Below are positions 23,555 to 36,723 of a stretch of DNA of 64,000 nt, one piece after another. Position 1 is the first letter of the stretch, and each line of letters begins with the position of its first letter. The stretch is from contig JAWQFM010000002.1 in NCBI GenBank assembly GCA_033442325.1, forward strand, positions 1,401,387-1,465,386. The letters run 5' to 3'. The translations under genes and the position numbers were made by a program. The notes beneath the pieces are model-generated. The model saw nothing but the letters and a program-made list of their open reading frames with translations. It searched no databases and had not been told where the DNA came from. The stretch is from Salpingoeca rosetta (taxonomy: Eukaryota; Protista; Choanoflagellata).

Positions 23555-24057
23555 CCACATCGCTGTCTCTTATTATTTGCAACGGCCACACGGCCAGCTG
23601 TCCTCTCTTCTTTGCCGCTCGTCGTTGTGGGCCAATGTGTCGCCATCATCGTATTTATGCCCATACACATACACACGCACATACGCACACATGTTGTTGA
23701 GTTCCCTGTCTTGCACCCTGTTCATATCCCCTGCATGTGTGGACAGCTGCTATCACGATTGATATGCACACCACACGTCTCTCTTCCTTTGTGCCTTCTT
23801 GTGCTGTGGCATTGCTTCTTGTGTGCTTCTGTGCCAGCCCTGCCCTTTGACCACCTTCTGCCCCTCCTTGCTCCACGCTTGCTTGTGCTTCCCATATTGC
23901 TTGATGTTAATTATTCGCAGTGTACACTAGAAGTAACACAACACCCTTGCACCAACACGTGATGTAAAAGCGGTGTGTCTGTACAAGCGCGTCGAGTTAA
24001 TAACAGTGTGTATGTTGTTTACGCAGCAGCAGCAGCAGCAGCAACAAGGGCGCCTCG

Positions 24058-24838
24058 TTAACTGCCGTTGTTGGTGAGGAGCTGATGTGCGCGGGCAATG
24101 TCGGGGTGCCACACGCTGCAATACAGCACGTAACGCGGCTCCGTGCCAAAGTGGTACACCTCGTGGATGAACGAGTCATCAAACAGTATCACTTTCCCGG
24201 CCTCCCACCTGCCGTGCAGTGGTCGCAGCCAGCGGTGAGCGTGCGTGAGCACAAGGCGCATTGGGTGGAATGAACGCATGGAATCACATGCAGGAGCATG
24301 CACACGCACATGCCCAGTCCGTTGTGCAGAACACATGCTTGGACGGAAAGGGGCACACACACATACGCGCGCACACACACATACACAAGTAAACACGCAC
24401 ACAAGTACGCGTGCACATACACATGCACATACACATTAACACGCATACAAGTACTGGTGCACACATCCACACACACAAGAACACACACATACACACATAC
24501 ACATAAGTACACACACATACACACATACACACAAGTACACGTGCACCACGTGCACGACGTACGTGGCAGCGGTGTTGTTGACGATGAGCTGTGGTCCGGG
24601 TGGGACAATGAGGCCAAGGTGTGCGGTCAGCCGCGTGTTGGTTGAACCCGTATGTGCCCTGAGATGCGCTCCTGGAGCAAGCCGGAAGATGGTCGCTTGC
24701 CCCGACAGCCAACGCCCTTCCACCTGCCCAGTCAGCTACCATTGCACACATGAACGCATGTCAGTGTCGGCAGTGCCACGTGTGAGCGGCATGCAAAGCT
24801 CTACTAGGGCACTCCCGAGCAGGTTGCTTCCGCTTCAG

Positions 24839-24932
<94 letters not shown>

Positions 24933-26074
24933 ACACGCACACAGGAACGCACACACAGGAACACACACACACACACACACAGATACACACACACACACAG
25001 ATAACAGCGCACCATGGGCATGTGTTGGAGGACGTCACAGGTGTGCCCAAAGTGTGCACACTTGTCCGTGAATTGCCCCGAGTCCCACAGCAGAACCTCT
25101 GTCCAGTCGCCGTCGTTCGCCGCCAGGCCGTGATCAGCCCGCAGCGTGTCCACCGTGTGCTGCTGAAGGTATGCAGTCAGCTCATCCAAGATGGCTGGAA
25201 ACGCAGCCTCCAGGCGCACGAGATCTGGGATCGCGCGCGGGTTGTGGAACGGCTTGGCGGTGAGACTTGGAGCGTAGTGCATTGGGATCTGAGTTGGTGA
25301 CGGCCAAGGAACACGGAAGAAGGCGGCGTGGTCGCGGAATGCGCGCTGCATGCCTTCCTCGTCGCGCAGGTGGGCGTAGCTGATGATGAGGTTGTGCAGG
25401 GCGTACGCTGCGTCGTCTTGCAGCTGCGTGCGGCGCTGCCAGGGCCGGATGTCACTTTGGGTTGCGTGGTCGTGGTGGTGCTGCACCAGCGCTTCCAGCA
25501 GCAGCACAGACTGGGAGGTGCGCCCCGTCATCTGCAGTAGCTGTCCTGCATCCAACCACGTGCTGATCTGCTCCGGGAAGGCATCCAGCTGCATGCACAG
25601 CGCATGAGCCGCGAGCTCAAACACGTGGGCGTTGATGGCTGCCGGCAGCAGCGACAGGATCATGTCGTTGAAGCGTTGATCTGGCCGCAACGGAAAGGTG
25701 GGCCCTGCTCGCGGCTGCCCTAGCGATGACGACGGCTGCCCACTGCTGCTGTTGCGGTGCTGGTTGGAAGTCCATGCGGGGAGGACGAGGCTCTGTTTCA
25801 AGCGGGCAATGAGCGCGGGCTCGCCACCAGCGTGCTCCTGCGCCAGCTCCTCAAGCTGCGCCACCATCTTCAGGATGGACGCGTCAGACGCTGCCGCCCT
25901 CTGCCCACGCTCCTGCCAATGCTGCACGGACCAGGGCCGGTGCGGTGCTCCTGCAGCACCAAGACTGGGCGACACGCACAACACCACCACCACAACCACC
26001 ATCAACAACAACAGCAATCGCTGCAAACCCGCCACTAAACTCATCATTGTCGTTGTGGTGGAGAATGCACCCAT
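24058..26074 (-). CDS. Aspartyl/asparaginyl beta-hydroxylase-domain (AspH-type 2OG-Fe(II)) dioxygenase with signal peptide/anchor and TPR-like region
   Basis: Hydrophobic N-terminus, then a TPR-like helical region. Catalytic domain: GDWTEVLLW...C, ATIFRLAPGAHLRAHTGSTNTRLTAHLGLIVP, RWEAGKVILFDDSFIHEVYH...RYVLYCSVWHPDI. The HTG and HEV metal ligands are typical of the AspH family. Three exons: ~25012-26074, ~24560-24735, ~24058-24209. Confidence 0.88.
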
Positions 26075-26271
26075 GTTCACTCTTCAAGCTGACATGCTGA
26101 GGTGCTTTGCGTCGTCCCTTTCAGGGTCGCGAAGTAATGTCACGTTGTGTAACAACATAACACAACAGCTCACACGAGTAACGCAGATACACGAACAGTA
26201 CTGCAGGGAAGAGCAGCCTATGAACAGCAGCAGCAGCAGCAACGACAAGGCAGCAGAAGCACATCGTGGCA

Positions 26272-27894
26272 TCACTTGAACTTGTTGGCAATCTTGGCGT
26301 ACTTGCTCTGGTCACTGCTGTCGTACCAGTCTGGCAGGCTACCGGCTGTGCCAACAGACCACAAGAGACAAAAGTGAGCACAGTGTGCGAGAAGAGCGTG
26401 TGAAGGGAGGAGGCATAGTTGGGCGGGGGAGGGGGACGGGGAGCAAGAAAGACTGTAGCAAGAAACGAGAAACAACAACGGCTGCGAGAACGGCTGCGAG
26501 AACGGCTGCGAGAACGGCTGCGAGAACGGCTGCTCCGCTCTTCATTTCACGAAAGCAAACACATCAACACACACACACACACACGCACGCCACATGTCGA
26601 CTGACCAAAGATGCCGCGTGCTGCTGCCTCGCGCGTGTCGTCGCGGCCGAGAATCGGATCAAGCAGCGCCGTCAGCTCCTCCTGAATTGAATGCACAGAT
26701 ATGAAGGGCGTCAATCGTCATGGGGGACAGGTATGAGGAGTGACTGGCATGCATCTGAAAGCAACGCATGCACTGTCGTGGACACGATTCTGCGCGCACG
26801 CTCACACCATCCAGTGCGCACCTGGAACTTCTCCCTGTTGTCGTGGAAGGTGTGATCGGCGCTGTAAATGAACATGCGCACGAGGTTTGCGCGCATAAAC
26901 ACCGCTGGGTGGCAGCACACGCGCGCCTGGCCCTGTGGGTGGACAAGACACAGTTCCATGTGCAAGGTGCAGTTGCATGTGAGCACTCTCCTGCGCACTC
27001 TCAATAACCGCTCACACACACACACACACACACACATACACACACACGCACGCACGCACGCACGCACGCACGCACACACGCACACACGCACACACACACA
27101 CACACACATACACACACACACATACACACACACCATGACGGGCCCAGCGCCGCCAAGGGCTTTGCTGAGGGGCTGGCGCTTCTTGTCAACAACGCCAAAG
27201 GGGAGAGCAGCGTACGCAAACTTGTCCACAAGATGACGTTTCATGAAGATTTGCAGCATGTGGCCCGGCAGCTTGGACGAACACCGCTTCCCTGTCGCAC
27301 GTGTACGTGCATGATGTGTGCATTTGTGAGTGAGATGTATTGGGTGTGCTTTGCAGTGGTAAGTGGCTCACACACATACACACACACTCTCTCTCTCACT
27401 CACACACATGTACACGCATGTGGGGTTTACTCTCACCGCCAAACTGCGACACATCCAAGCCATGCTTCTCACTCAGCTTCACAATTTCCTGTGTCGGGAC
27501 GCGTGGAAAACGCCAAATGCGCATGACCGGTGTGTTTGAGCAAGAGGGAGAGAGAGAGACAGAGAGAGAGACAGAGAGAGACAGAGAGAGAGACAGAGAG
27601 AGAGACAGAGGAGTGTGTGGGTGTGTGTGTCAGGGACAGGAGATGCACCAGCAAAATGCAACGACACGTCATCCATTCGCACCTTTGCGAGGGAATCAAC
27701 GCGCTTCTTGGGAACGTGGCAGGACACAAGCAGTGTTTTCAGGATACCAAGGAAAGACACATCACCACAGCTGTACCCACCTGTGATGGTGATGGTGACA
27801 GAGAAATGAACGTTAGTGCTTACGCAACTGTGTTTGTGTGGAACGATTGTGTACCACATGCTTACACGCACTCGCACGCACGCACGCACACCAA

Positions 27895-27927
<33 letters not shown>

Positions 27928-28214
27928 AACACACACACACACACACACACCAAACACACACACCAAACACACACACAAACACACACAAACACACACGCAC
28001 TCACTGAGGAAGACGTTCTTTGGTGGGGCCTCGCTGTCTGGTGCGAGGAGGGAGGTGGTGGTGCTGATGGCGACGGCGCGGAAGCGGGTGTCGTGATCCT
28101 GCCCGCGCATGAGCTTGAACTTCTTCATAATGTCCTCTGCATCACCCATAAACTTGAACGGCTCAAGCAGCAGCCGCGGCAGCGTCGCATACGTCGACTT
28201 GAACCTGCATACAG

Positions 28215-28278
<64 letters not shown>

Positions 28279-28790
28279 TATGAGCTGTGATGGCATGACA
28301 TGGAGGGGCTGACAGAAGCAATCGGAACTGCAAGTGTGCATATGCGCGTTGTTTGAAGAGTACAGAGACCAACACAAACACACACACGCACAAACAAACA
28401 AACGCACAAACGCACACACGCACACACGCACACACGCACACACGCACACACGCACACATACACACACACCTGAAGAGGACAGCGGCAACGGCGGCCTGCA
28501 CTTCAAAGAGCAGGGCAGCAAAGGAGTACGAGTGGTAGAAGCACGCCCACTCGCCGCTGAGCCTTGCCTCATTCTCAAGCATCTTGTCAAAGCACGACTT
28601 TGCATGTGCGTGGGAGCGGATGGCGGATCCGTAGTCCAGCCGCTGGCTGCGCCGCGATTGCGCCCCAAGCGCAGCCTGGTACTTGATCTCCCGCGCGCCA
28701 AGCTTTGGAGGCAGGTCGCCAAGCGACCAAATGGCCCTGTCTTTGTTGTTGTTCTCCTTCTTCTTCCCTGCCGCCCAACCTGCGTGATGG

Positions 28791-28830
<40 letters not shown>

Positions 28831-29789
28831 GTGTGGTGTGTTGTGGTGTGGTGTGTTGTGGTGGTGAGATGAGTGGTGCTGAGATGGTCCTGTCACACGC
28901 CAAGTTGTTGCACAAACAATACGCTGTTCAAAAAGCCACCCACAGTGTTACAGTGACGCTCACAAGGCAACACACAACCACACACGTACACACACACGCG
29001 CGCGCGCGCACACACACACACACACACGTACACACACAACCACACGTACACGCACATGCACACACACGCACCTTTGCTGTGCTTTCTGACGAGCTTGGCG
29101 TAGCCAACTTCGTCGTCGGTGCCGGATGGCTCGCGCTCAAATGTTGCGCGGCGAATGCTGCGCACTTTGCTTGTGTCGCCGTTGGTCTGCGTCATCTTCA
29201 GAAAGTCAAACACATACTCTGTGCGCTTGTTGCCAAAGGACAGCTTCTTTGTGCGCAGCTCATCCTCACCGTCTGTAAACGCGTCCTCCAGCAGCGTGAT
29301 GTCGTCTGGGTTGTACGCCACCCATCGCTTTCCGCACAACCATTGCCACACAACCTTCTTCGACGCCTTGGCCTTTGCCTTGGTCTTCTTCTCCTTGGCC
29401 TTTGCCTGCGTCTTTTTCTTTGCCGTGGCACTCCTCGTTCGCCTCGTGCCATCATCATCGTCATCTTCTTCCTCATCGTTATCGTCTTCCTCCTCATCGC
29501 CATCGTCGTCGTCGTCGTCGCTGTCGTCCCCATCGCTGCTTTTCTTCGCCTTCTTCTTGGCCTTCTTGGCTCTGGCCAACTTCCGCTTCCGCAGCCCATC
29601 GTCACTCACCTCACCATCATCGTCGCCATCGCCATCGTCATCCTCGATCTCCGTTTCGTCGCCGCTGTCCATGACACCGTCCTCCTCCTCCTCTTCTTCA
29701 TCTTCCACCCTCTTCTTCGTCTTCTTGTCCTCTTCCTCGTCCGCAGCAGCGGCTGCCTTGCCCCTCTTCGCCCGCTTCGGCCTCGCCAT
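26272..29789 (-). CDS. WWE-domain protein with basic/acidic N-terminus and an uncharacterised C-terminal domain (putative ADP-ribosyltransferase fold)
   Basis: ATG at 29789 ([10 protein letters not shown]). WWE domain: [25 protein letters not shown]...[23 protein letters not shown] (~29150-29355). About 9 exons (~29072-29789, 28470-28779, 28002-28203, 27684-27780, 27435-27490, 27133-27292, 26822-26932, 26604-26683, 26272-26343) give a continuous globular domain ending AKIANKFK*. Confidence 0.8.
26478..26533. repeat. 12-mer tandem repeat (ACGGCTGCGAGA), ~4.5 copies, intronic
   Basis: Read directly from the sequence. Confidence 0.9.
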
Positions 29790-30079
29790 CGTGAGAGGGT
29801 GTGCTGGGCAGTGCGTGTGTGTGCTTGCGGTGCTGGTTGTTGTTTGTGAGCAGTTTGGTCCTTCGCCAAAACATGTCTGACTATCAAAAACCCGCCACCA
29901 CAATTTTTTATTTTTTTTTGCTGTGACGGCAGTGGGCAACACCACAAAAACAACAACAAGCCACGCCTCCTCGCCTCCTCCACACATCTGCTGCTGCCGC
30001 CGCCACACAACAACAACAACAACAACAAGAACAACACCTGCCCTCCTGCCTGCCTGCCCCTGCCTCGACCGCAGCAGCC

Positions 30080-31961
30080 ATGGGTGCAAATGAGAGCATG
30101 CTGCTGGAAGGCGGTACGTTTCATCCGGGCTTGCTTCCTTCTCCTCCTCTCTCATGTGTGATGTGCAGCGTCTCGTTGTCGTCACACGTGCCTCTTGATT
30201 CCAGTAGTCTAGTGGGCGCCAAACTTACCAACAAACCACCAACAGAACACCACAAAGTGCTTGTTGTGTTTGTTTTGGTGGTGGAAGCGGTGCACCTTGT
30301 CATGGCTACTGCCAGTCCTCTCCCTTCACACATGCACTCACGCACATGCTCGCACGTCTCGCTTGCTGTCTTTGGTTGGTGGGGCAACAGGCGCTTCGAA
30401 GAAGGTTTGTCTGCGCCATGTGGTTTTGCTTGCTTGCAAGCACGCGTTCCGTGTGTGCTATTGTCTGCCGCGTTGCGTCGCGTTTGCTGTGGTGTTGTCA
30501 GATTGTGGAAGGTGGTGTTTGCTCCAGCTATGCTTGCTTGTACCAGTATCCTCACCCAAAAGCTCCACTTCGCTCTCAATCATCCACCACGATGCACGCC
30601 AATGTTGCACCCTTTGACGTTCTTCAGCGCACGGTACGCACATGGCGCTGACTTCGTTTGCACGCCTGTTTCACCACGTTCACGCCTGCATCGTCCATGG
30701 CCACGAATGACCACACAACTCACGCTGCTTTTGGTTTCACTTGATTCTGTTGTGCTTTGGTTTGCCTCTGCTTCTCGTTTTGGCTTTGCCAGTTTACAAA
30801 GTCTGAGCTCGAGGATATCATCTCCTATCTTGGTGCGTGCCAGTACTGTCGATGTTGTGGCGCTGTAAATGTGGTTGCCGTGGGTGGTATGTGCTTGTTG
30901 CAAGCCGTTCCATATCTGCTCCTTTTGGCTCACCCATTATTCGGTTGCATTTTCTTCCTCGCTCTTTTCTCTTTCATCTCATGCCAACATGTCTTCTCTC
31001 GTGCTCCCCTGTTTCATGCATGCACTGTGTGACTTGTGCAGATGAGCAATACGCAAACGTGCTGCGCCGCGCAGAGCAGCTGTCGCAGCGCGGTGGCGTG
31101 GGCTGGTCACAGGAATACGCGTCCTTCTCCCGCTTCCATGGTCAGTCATGCGCATTCTCTGTGCAGGATGCCGTGCTTTTTGCATCCATTGCGCATGCAC
31201 CTTGTCACGGACGAGCAGCTTCTGGGCATCTGCCACCCATGCATTTGTTGTATGCCCTATCATCGTTTCTCTTCCACTCAACATTCCTCCACTCACACGT
31301 GCTCTTTCGGCCTCCACAGCCCAACCTGCCACAGCAGGCAACGCAGAGACGAACCAGATTTTGAACCGTTACCGAAACATCCTGCCATACGACGCCACCC
31401 GCGTCAAGGTCACGCCAAACAGAGTAAGCTTATCTGCCTGCCTGCGTGCGTGTGTGTGTGTGTGTGTGTTTGCCTGTGTGCGTTTGCCTGTGTGTGTTTG
31501 TCTGTGTGTGTTTGTCTGTGTGTGTGTGTGTGTTTGCCTGTGTGTGTATGTCTGTCTATCTGTTTGCCGCCTTTTTGTGTGTTGGTGAGTTTGGTTTTTT
31601 TTTGTGTGTGTGTGTGTTTGCTTGCTTGCTGCGACGTTGCCTCACTCACGACTTGGTACCACGTGATGTCACACGGCGTGCTCAGTTCAATGGCAACAAT
31701 GACTACATCAACGCCTGCTTCGTGCACGGCCATCGCCCCAACTCCTTCATCGCCTCCCAAGGCCCCGTCCCGGCCGCCTTTAACGCCTTTTGGCAGATGA
31801 TCTGGGAGCAGCAGGTCGAAGTCATTGCCATGGTCACCAACGAGGTGCGTGACGCTTTTGTGTCTGTATCTGCGTTTGCTTGTGTGTATCTGTGTATGTC
31901 TGTGTCTGTGTGTTTGTGTATGTCTGTGTCTGTGTTTGCCTGTGTTTGCCTGTATGTTTGC

Positions 31962-32016
<55 letters not shown>

Positions 32017-32115
32017 CGCCTCTGTGTGTGTATTCGGCAGATATGTATCGGAAAGCTCCTTAAGTCCCGCAGAAGTAGGCCAGCAAGTCTGCAGTTTACG
32101 CCAGCGTAGTGTTGT

Positions 32116-32173
<58 letters not shown>

Positions 32174-32912
32174 CTCTCTGTGTGTGGCTGCTTTTGTTTC
32201 TCTGGTCTTCTGTGCACCCCACCTTTTCTTTTCTTGCCCACTCACTCGCACAATGACTCACGCGACCCCGGGGTGCTCAGATTGAGGGCGGGAAACTCAA
32301 GTGCCACAAGTACTGGCCAGATGACTCGCAGCAGCAGGTGACTTACGGGTCCTTCCAAGTCGTGCTCGGCCCAAAGAAGGACAAGTCCAACTTTGTCATC
32401 CGCCACATGCTCGTGCGCAACCTGGAGACGAACCAGGAACGGCCCCTCACACATTTTCTCTACACGGCCTGGCCAGACCACGGCGTGCCTAACACGGCAA
32501 ACGAAATGCTCTCCTTCCGGTGCGCAAAACAACACTCCATTTGCCCGCCCGCCTGCCTGCTTCCCTTTCCTTGCTTGCTTCCTTGCTTGCTTGCATGCAC
32601 GTACACGTCAATTTTTTTTGTTTCTTTGGCTTGCTTTGCTTGTGCCGTTCAATCTCACCCCATGCTGTCTCTTCTGTTGCTGGTGTGATGTGGTGTGAGC
32701 AGCAAGGCCGTGTTGAAGGAGATTCGGTCGGAAGCACCCGTGCTTGTCCACTGCTCTGCCGGCGTCGGCCGCACAGGCACATTCATCGCTGTTGACACGT
32801 GAGTGTCATGTTTGTGTGTGTGTGTGGGTGTGCGTGTGCGTGTGTGTGTGCGTGTGGGTATCTGTGTGTGTGTGTGTGTGTCTGTGTGTCTGTGTCTGTG
32901 TGCGTGTGGGTA

Positions 32913-32946
<34 letters not shown>

Positions 32947-33825
32947 TCTCTCTCTCTCTCTCCCTGTGTTCTGTTTAGGTGTTTCATGTCCAATTTGTTG
33001 GTTTTTCTTCTTCACCTTCTGCTTTCTGTTGCTTGCAAGCACTTGCGTTCCCATGCTGACACACACACACACGCACGCACGCACGCACGCACGCACGCTC
33101 GCTCGCTCGCCTGCCCCTTGTGGCCAATGCATCCAGGCTCATCCGGCGCCTTGAGAGCAAGAAGGGCCGCGTTGACCCGTGCGAAGTCGTGTCCGAGATG
33201 CGCAAGTGCCGCGCCTTCCTCGTCCAAACCCTGGTCCGTCGCTTACTCTGCCTCGCTCTCTGCACGTCTGGTCCCCATGCTTGCTGTCAGCTGCGTGCAT
33301 TGCATTGCTGGGTTTGCCTGCTGCTTGCAGTGCAGCAATCTGATCCTTGCGCGACAGCCGCCTGGATCTTCGTTCCCTTGCAGCTTACATCGTTGTGCTG
33401 TCCATATTGTGTCTTGTCTTGGGTGCAACCTGCAGGTGCAGTACCAGTTTGTGTTCAAGGCTGTTCTCGAGGCGATTGGCAAGCGTCGCCAGAGGTGCGC
33501 AGCCGTGATGGTCCAGTGCACACCTGCTGCTGATGCACGACCACCACATCGACACGCCTCTGCGTGCTTTTGTTCACCTGCCTTTCTCGCTCCAGCTCGT
33601 CAGCTCTGTTATTGGTGTTCTTGTCCTTGTTGTTCTTGTCCTGGTTTGTGGCCCTTGTTCTTGTTCATCTCCTTTGTGCCTCTTGCTTTCGTGGGATCTC
33701 ATCCCTGCGTGTGCCATCACGCCCCGCCGTTCCGATGTGCAGGGCAAAGCGTGCCCTTGACCAGCTTGAGGCTGGCCAAGCGGGAACACAGGTCGACACC
33801 AGCCACCAGCAGATGCGGGACCTCG

Positions 33826-33915
<90 letters not shown>

Positions 33916-35748
33916 CGTGTGTGTGTGTGTCTCTGTGTCTCTGTGTCTCTGTGTGTGTTGATCGGTCAATTACCTTCCTTCTTCCCAATGCACCACCTTT
34001 GCTGACGTTCTGCTTGCCGCCCCACCCCCACCCGCCTTTTTTCAGGCCGATGTGCGCCACGACTACAGGCATGACACAGACACGGTACGTAGCACCTCGT
34101 GAATCCTTCGTTCTGCCTCTCCGCATTTCGTCCCACGCCCTGTCTCACTCGCTTTCCGCTTGCTCGCCTGCCCTGCGCAACGCGTGCGTATGATGCATGT
34201 GCATCTCGTGGACAGAACGTTGCCAAGGAGGTTTCCCGCACAAAGCGGATCGAAAGCCTCATGTCCTACGTCACCAGCGAGACCTGGCGCGGTATGAAGA
34301 AGAATCGCACATGCCACGTGCTTTCTGTGTGCGTGCGTGCGTGTGTGTGTGTGTGTGTCTGTGTCTGTGTCTGTGTCTGTGTCTGTGTCTGTGTCTGTGT
34401 GTCTGTCTCTGTGTCTGTCTGTCTCTGTGTCTGTCTGTCTCTGTGTGTCATACTGTCTGTGTGTCATGCTGTCGCCATGTTCGACAGTTCTTCCCATTGC
34501 TCACCCTACTCATCACTTGGTATCGTGGCCATCGCGTGTGCGGGACACAGAGACGGTGCAGGACAAAAAGTCCCTTGGCTATGACGTCGTTGCCGCTGCC
34601 CCCATCCACTCTCGTCTCATGTCGCTTGCAGAATCAGTACGTGTGCTTGTGTCTGAGTGTGTCTCTGTCTGTCTCTCTGTCTCTCTGTCTCTCTGTCTCT
34701 CTGTCCCTCTGTCTCTCTGTCTGTGTGCCTGCTTGTCTCATAGGGCTGTCAGCCCGCCTTTTCTGCTTGGGCGTCTGCTCATCCGCCCACGCCTCACTCA
34801 TGTCGCCCGCCGCTTGCCATGTGCACTGCAGGCCCAGGCAGCGGAGACGGCCTGGAAGCAAAACTACAGCAAGATGACCGACAACTGGAGCGCTCAGCAG
34901 GTGCGACGTTGCATTGGATCCTGTCATGTCGCAACTCCCCTCCCCCTCTCTCTCTCTTCGTGTCGACGCTGTGCGGGTGTTAGCTGCGTCATACCTTCTT
35001 GTATTGAGACGATTGCCCTATCGCCCGCATTGAAACTCCACTCACGAGGAGGCAACAAGCAAGGGGTGTGCGTCTTTGTATGCATGCAAGCTACTGCCAC
35101 GTCAGATGACATGATGTTTGGTTCACCACTACTGTTCAGGAGCATGGCGGTGAGGAGTACGACGTCGGCAAGTCCCTCGATCCCATCGAATCCCGTCTCA
35201 TCTCTCTCGCTCAGCAGCGCGAGGTGTGTGTGTGTGTGTGTGTGTGTCTGTTTGTCTGTCTGTCTGTGTGTGTGTGTGTGTGTGTCTGTCTGTCTGTCTG
35301 TCTGTCTGTGTGTGTGTGTGTGCCTGTGTGTGTGCCTGTGTGTCTGTGTCTGTGCGCGTTCTTGTGTACATGTATCGCCCTTCTGCCTCCCTGCAACTAT
35401 ATGTGGCTTGCCAGGTATCGTTCGTTGCTTGCATGCATGCGCTGCTGAACCTTGCTCTCTAATTTCCTCAATTTTGTGACTTCTCTCTACACCATCTTCG
35501 CTTGTCTTCTTGGGAAACCAGGCGTGGAAGCTCAAGTCGAAGGAGGCGCGAGAGGAGCTCGAGAAGGAATACAAGGCCAAGTTCGATTCTCTCCACTCCC
35601 GCTTCCAGGTGCAGTGTGTGCATGTGTACGTATGTTCGGGCATGTACGTGTGTGTATGTGTAAGAATATGTGTAAGAGTATGTGTGTGTATGTGTATGTG
35701 TGTGTATGTGTGTGTGTATGTGTATGTGTGTGTATGTGTATGTGTGTA

Positions 35749-35795
<47 letters not shown>

Positions 35796-36683
35796 GTGTG
35801 TGTGTATGTGTATGTCAAAACATGACAGCACGACACGTTGCACGACTGCAATCACTACACAGCTGCCACCTCACCCCCCTCCTCCACCTTTCCTTCCTCA
35901 TTGCCTGCAGAAACTGGACGAGTTCCTTCGTTCGGCAGACCAGCGGTGGCGGGAGCGTGGTGATGGCCTTCGCGGCGAGGCCGTGATCGAGCACAGGCGC
36001 GACACCGACGAGACCATCGGAAGTACGAGAGCGCGCGAGCCTGTGTACTTTTGTTGTTGTCTTGTGACTGCTTCTGTTGCGGCTGCGGCTTTCGATGGCA
36101 CCGCCAAGTGCTGCCTGCCCCTTCATCATCATCATCAGCAGCAGCAGAAGCAGCATCATGCCATCATCATCATTCCATCAATCATCATCTCACCCCGTGT
36201 TGTTGTACTGTTGCCACAATGCCGTTTCAGACCTGCACGACCGCCTGAAGCGCCTCATCTCCGAGCGCGACAACTGGAAGGAGCGGTGAGCGCGTTGCGT
36301 TCGTGTGTAGTGTCGCACAACACAGTTGTCGAGGCTTCGTGTGGCCCACATGGTTTGTCTGTTTTGCCCTCCTCCTTCTCCTCCTCCCCCTTTACTCCCC
36401 CCTTTGTTGCTTTGTTGCTGCTGTGCTCACCAACATGGTTGTGACCACGCCCTTGACCGACACGCGGCAGTGGTGATGGCTTCCGTGGTGTTGTGGACAA
36501 GCCCCCGACACCCGAACCCCAGCCAGAACCTGAGCCTGAGCCTGAGCCCGAGCCCGAGCCTGAGCCCGAGCCCGAGCCGGTTAGTGTTGTGTGCATGTTT
36601 GTGTCTTCCCTGTCCCTTTTGCACACTACACGCTTGCTTCCGTGCTCACGCCGACTGTTGTCACCGCATGACACTGACTGGTG

Positions 36684-36723
<40 letters not shown>

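Noticed and set aside
26478-26533. Short direct repeats as a CRISPR-like array
   Set aside because: They are head-to-tail 12-mers without spacers, in a eukaryotic intron.
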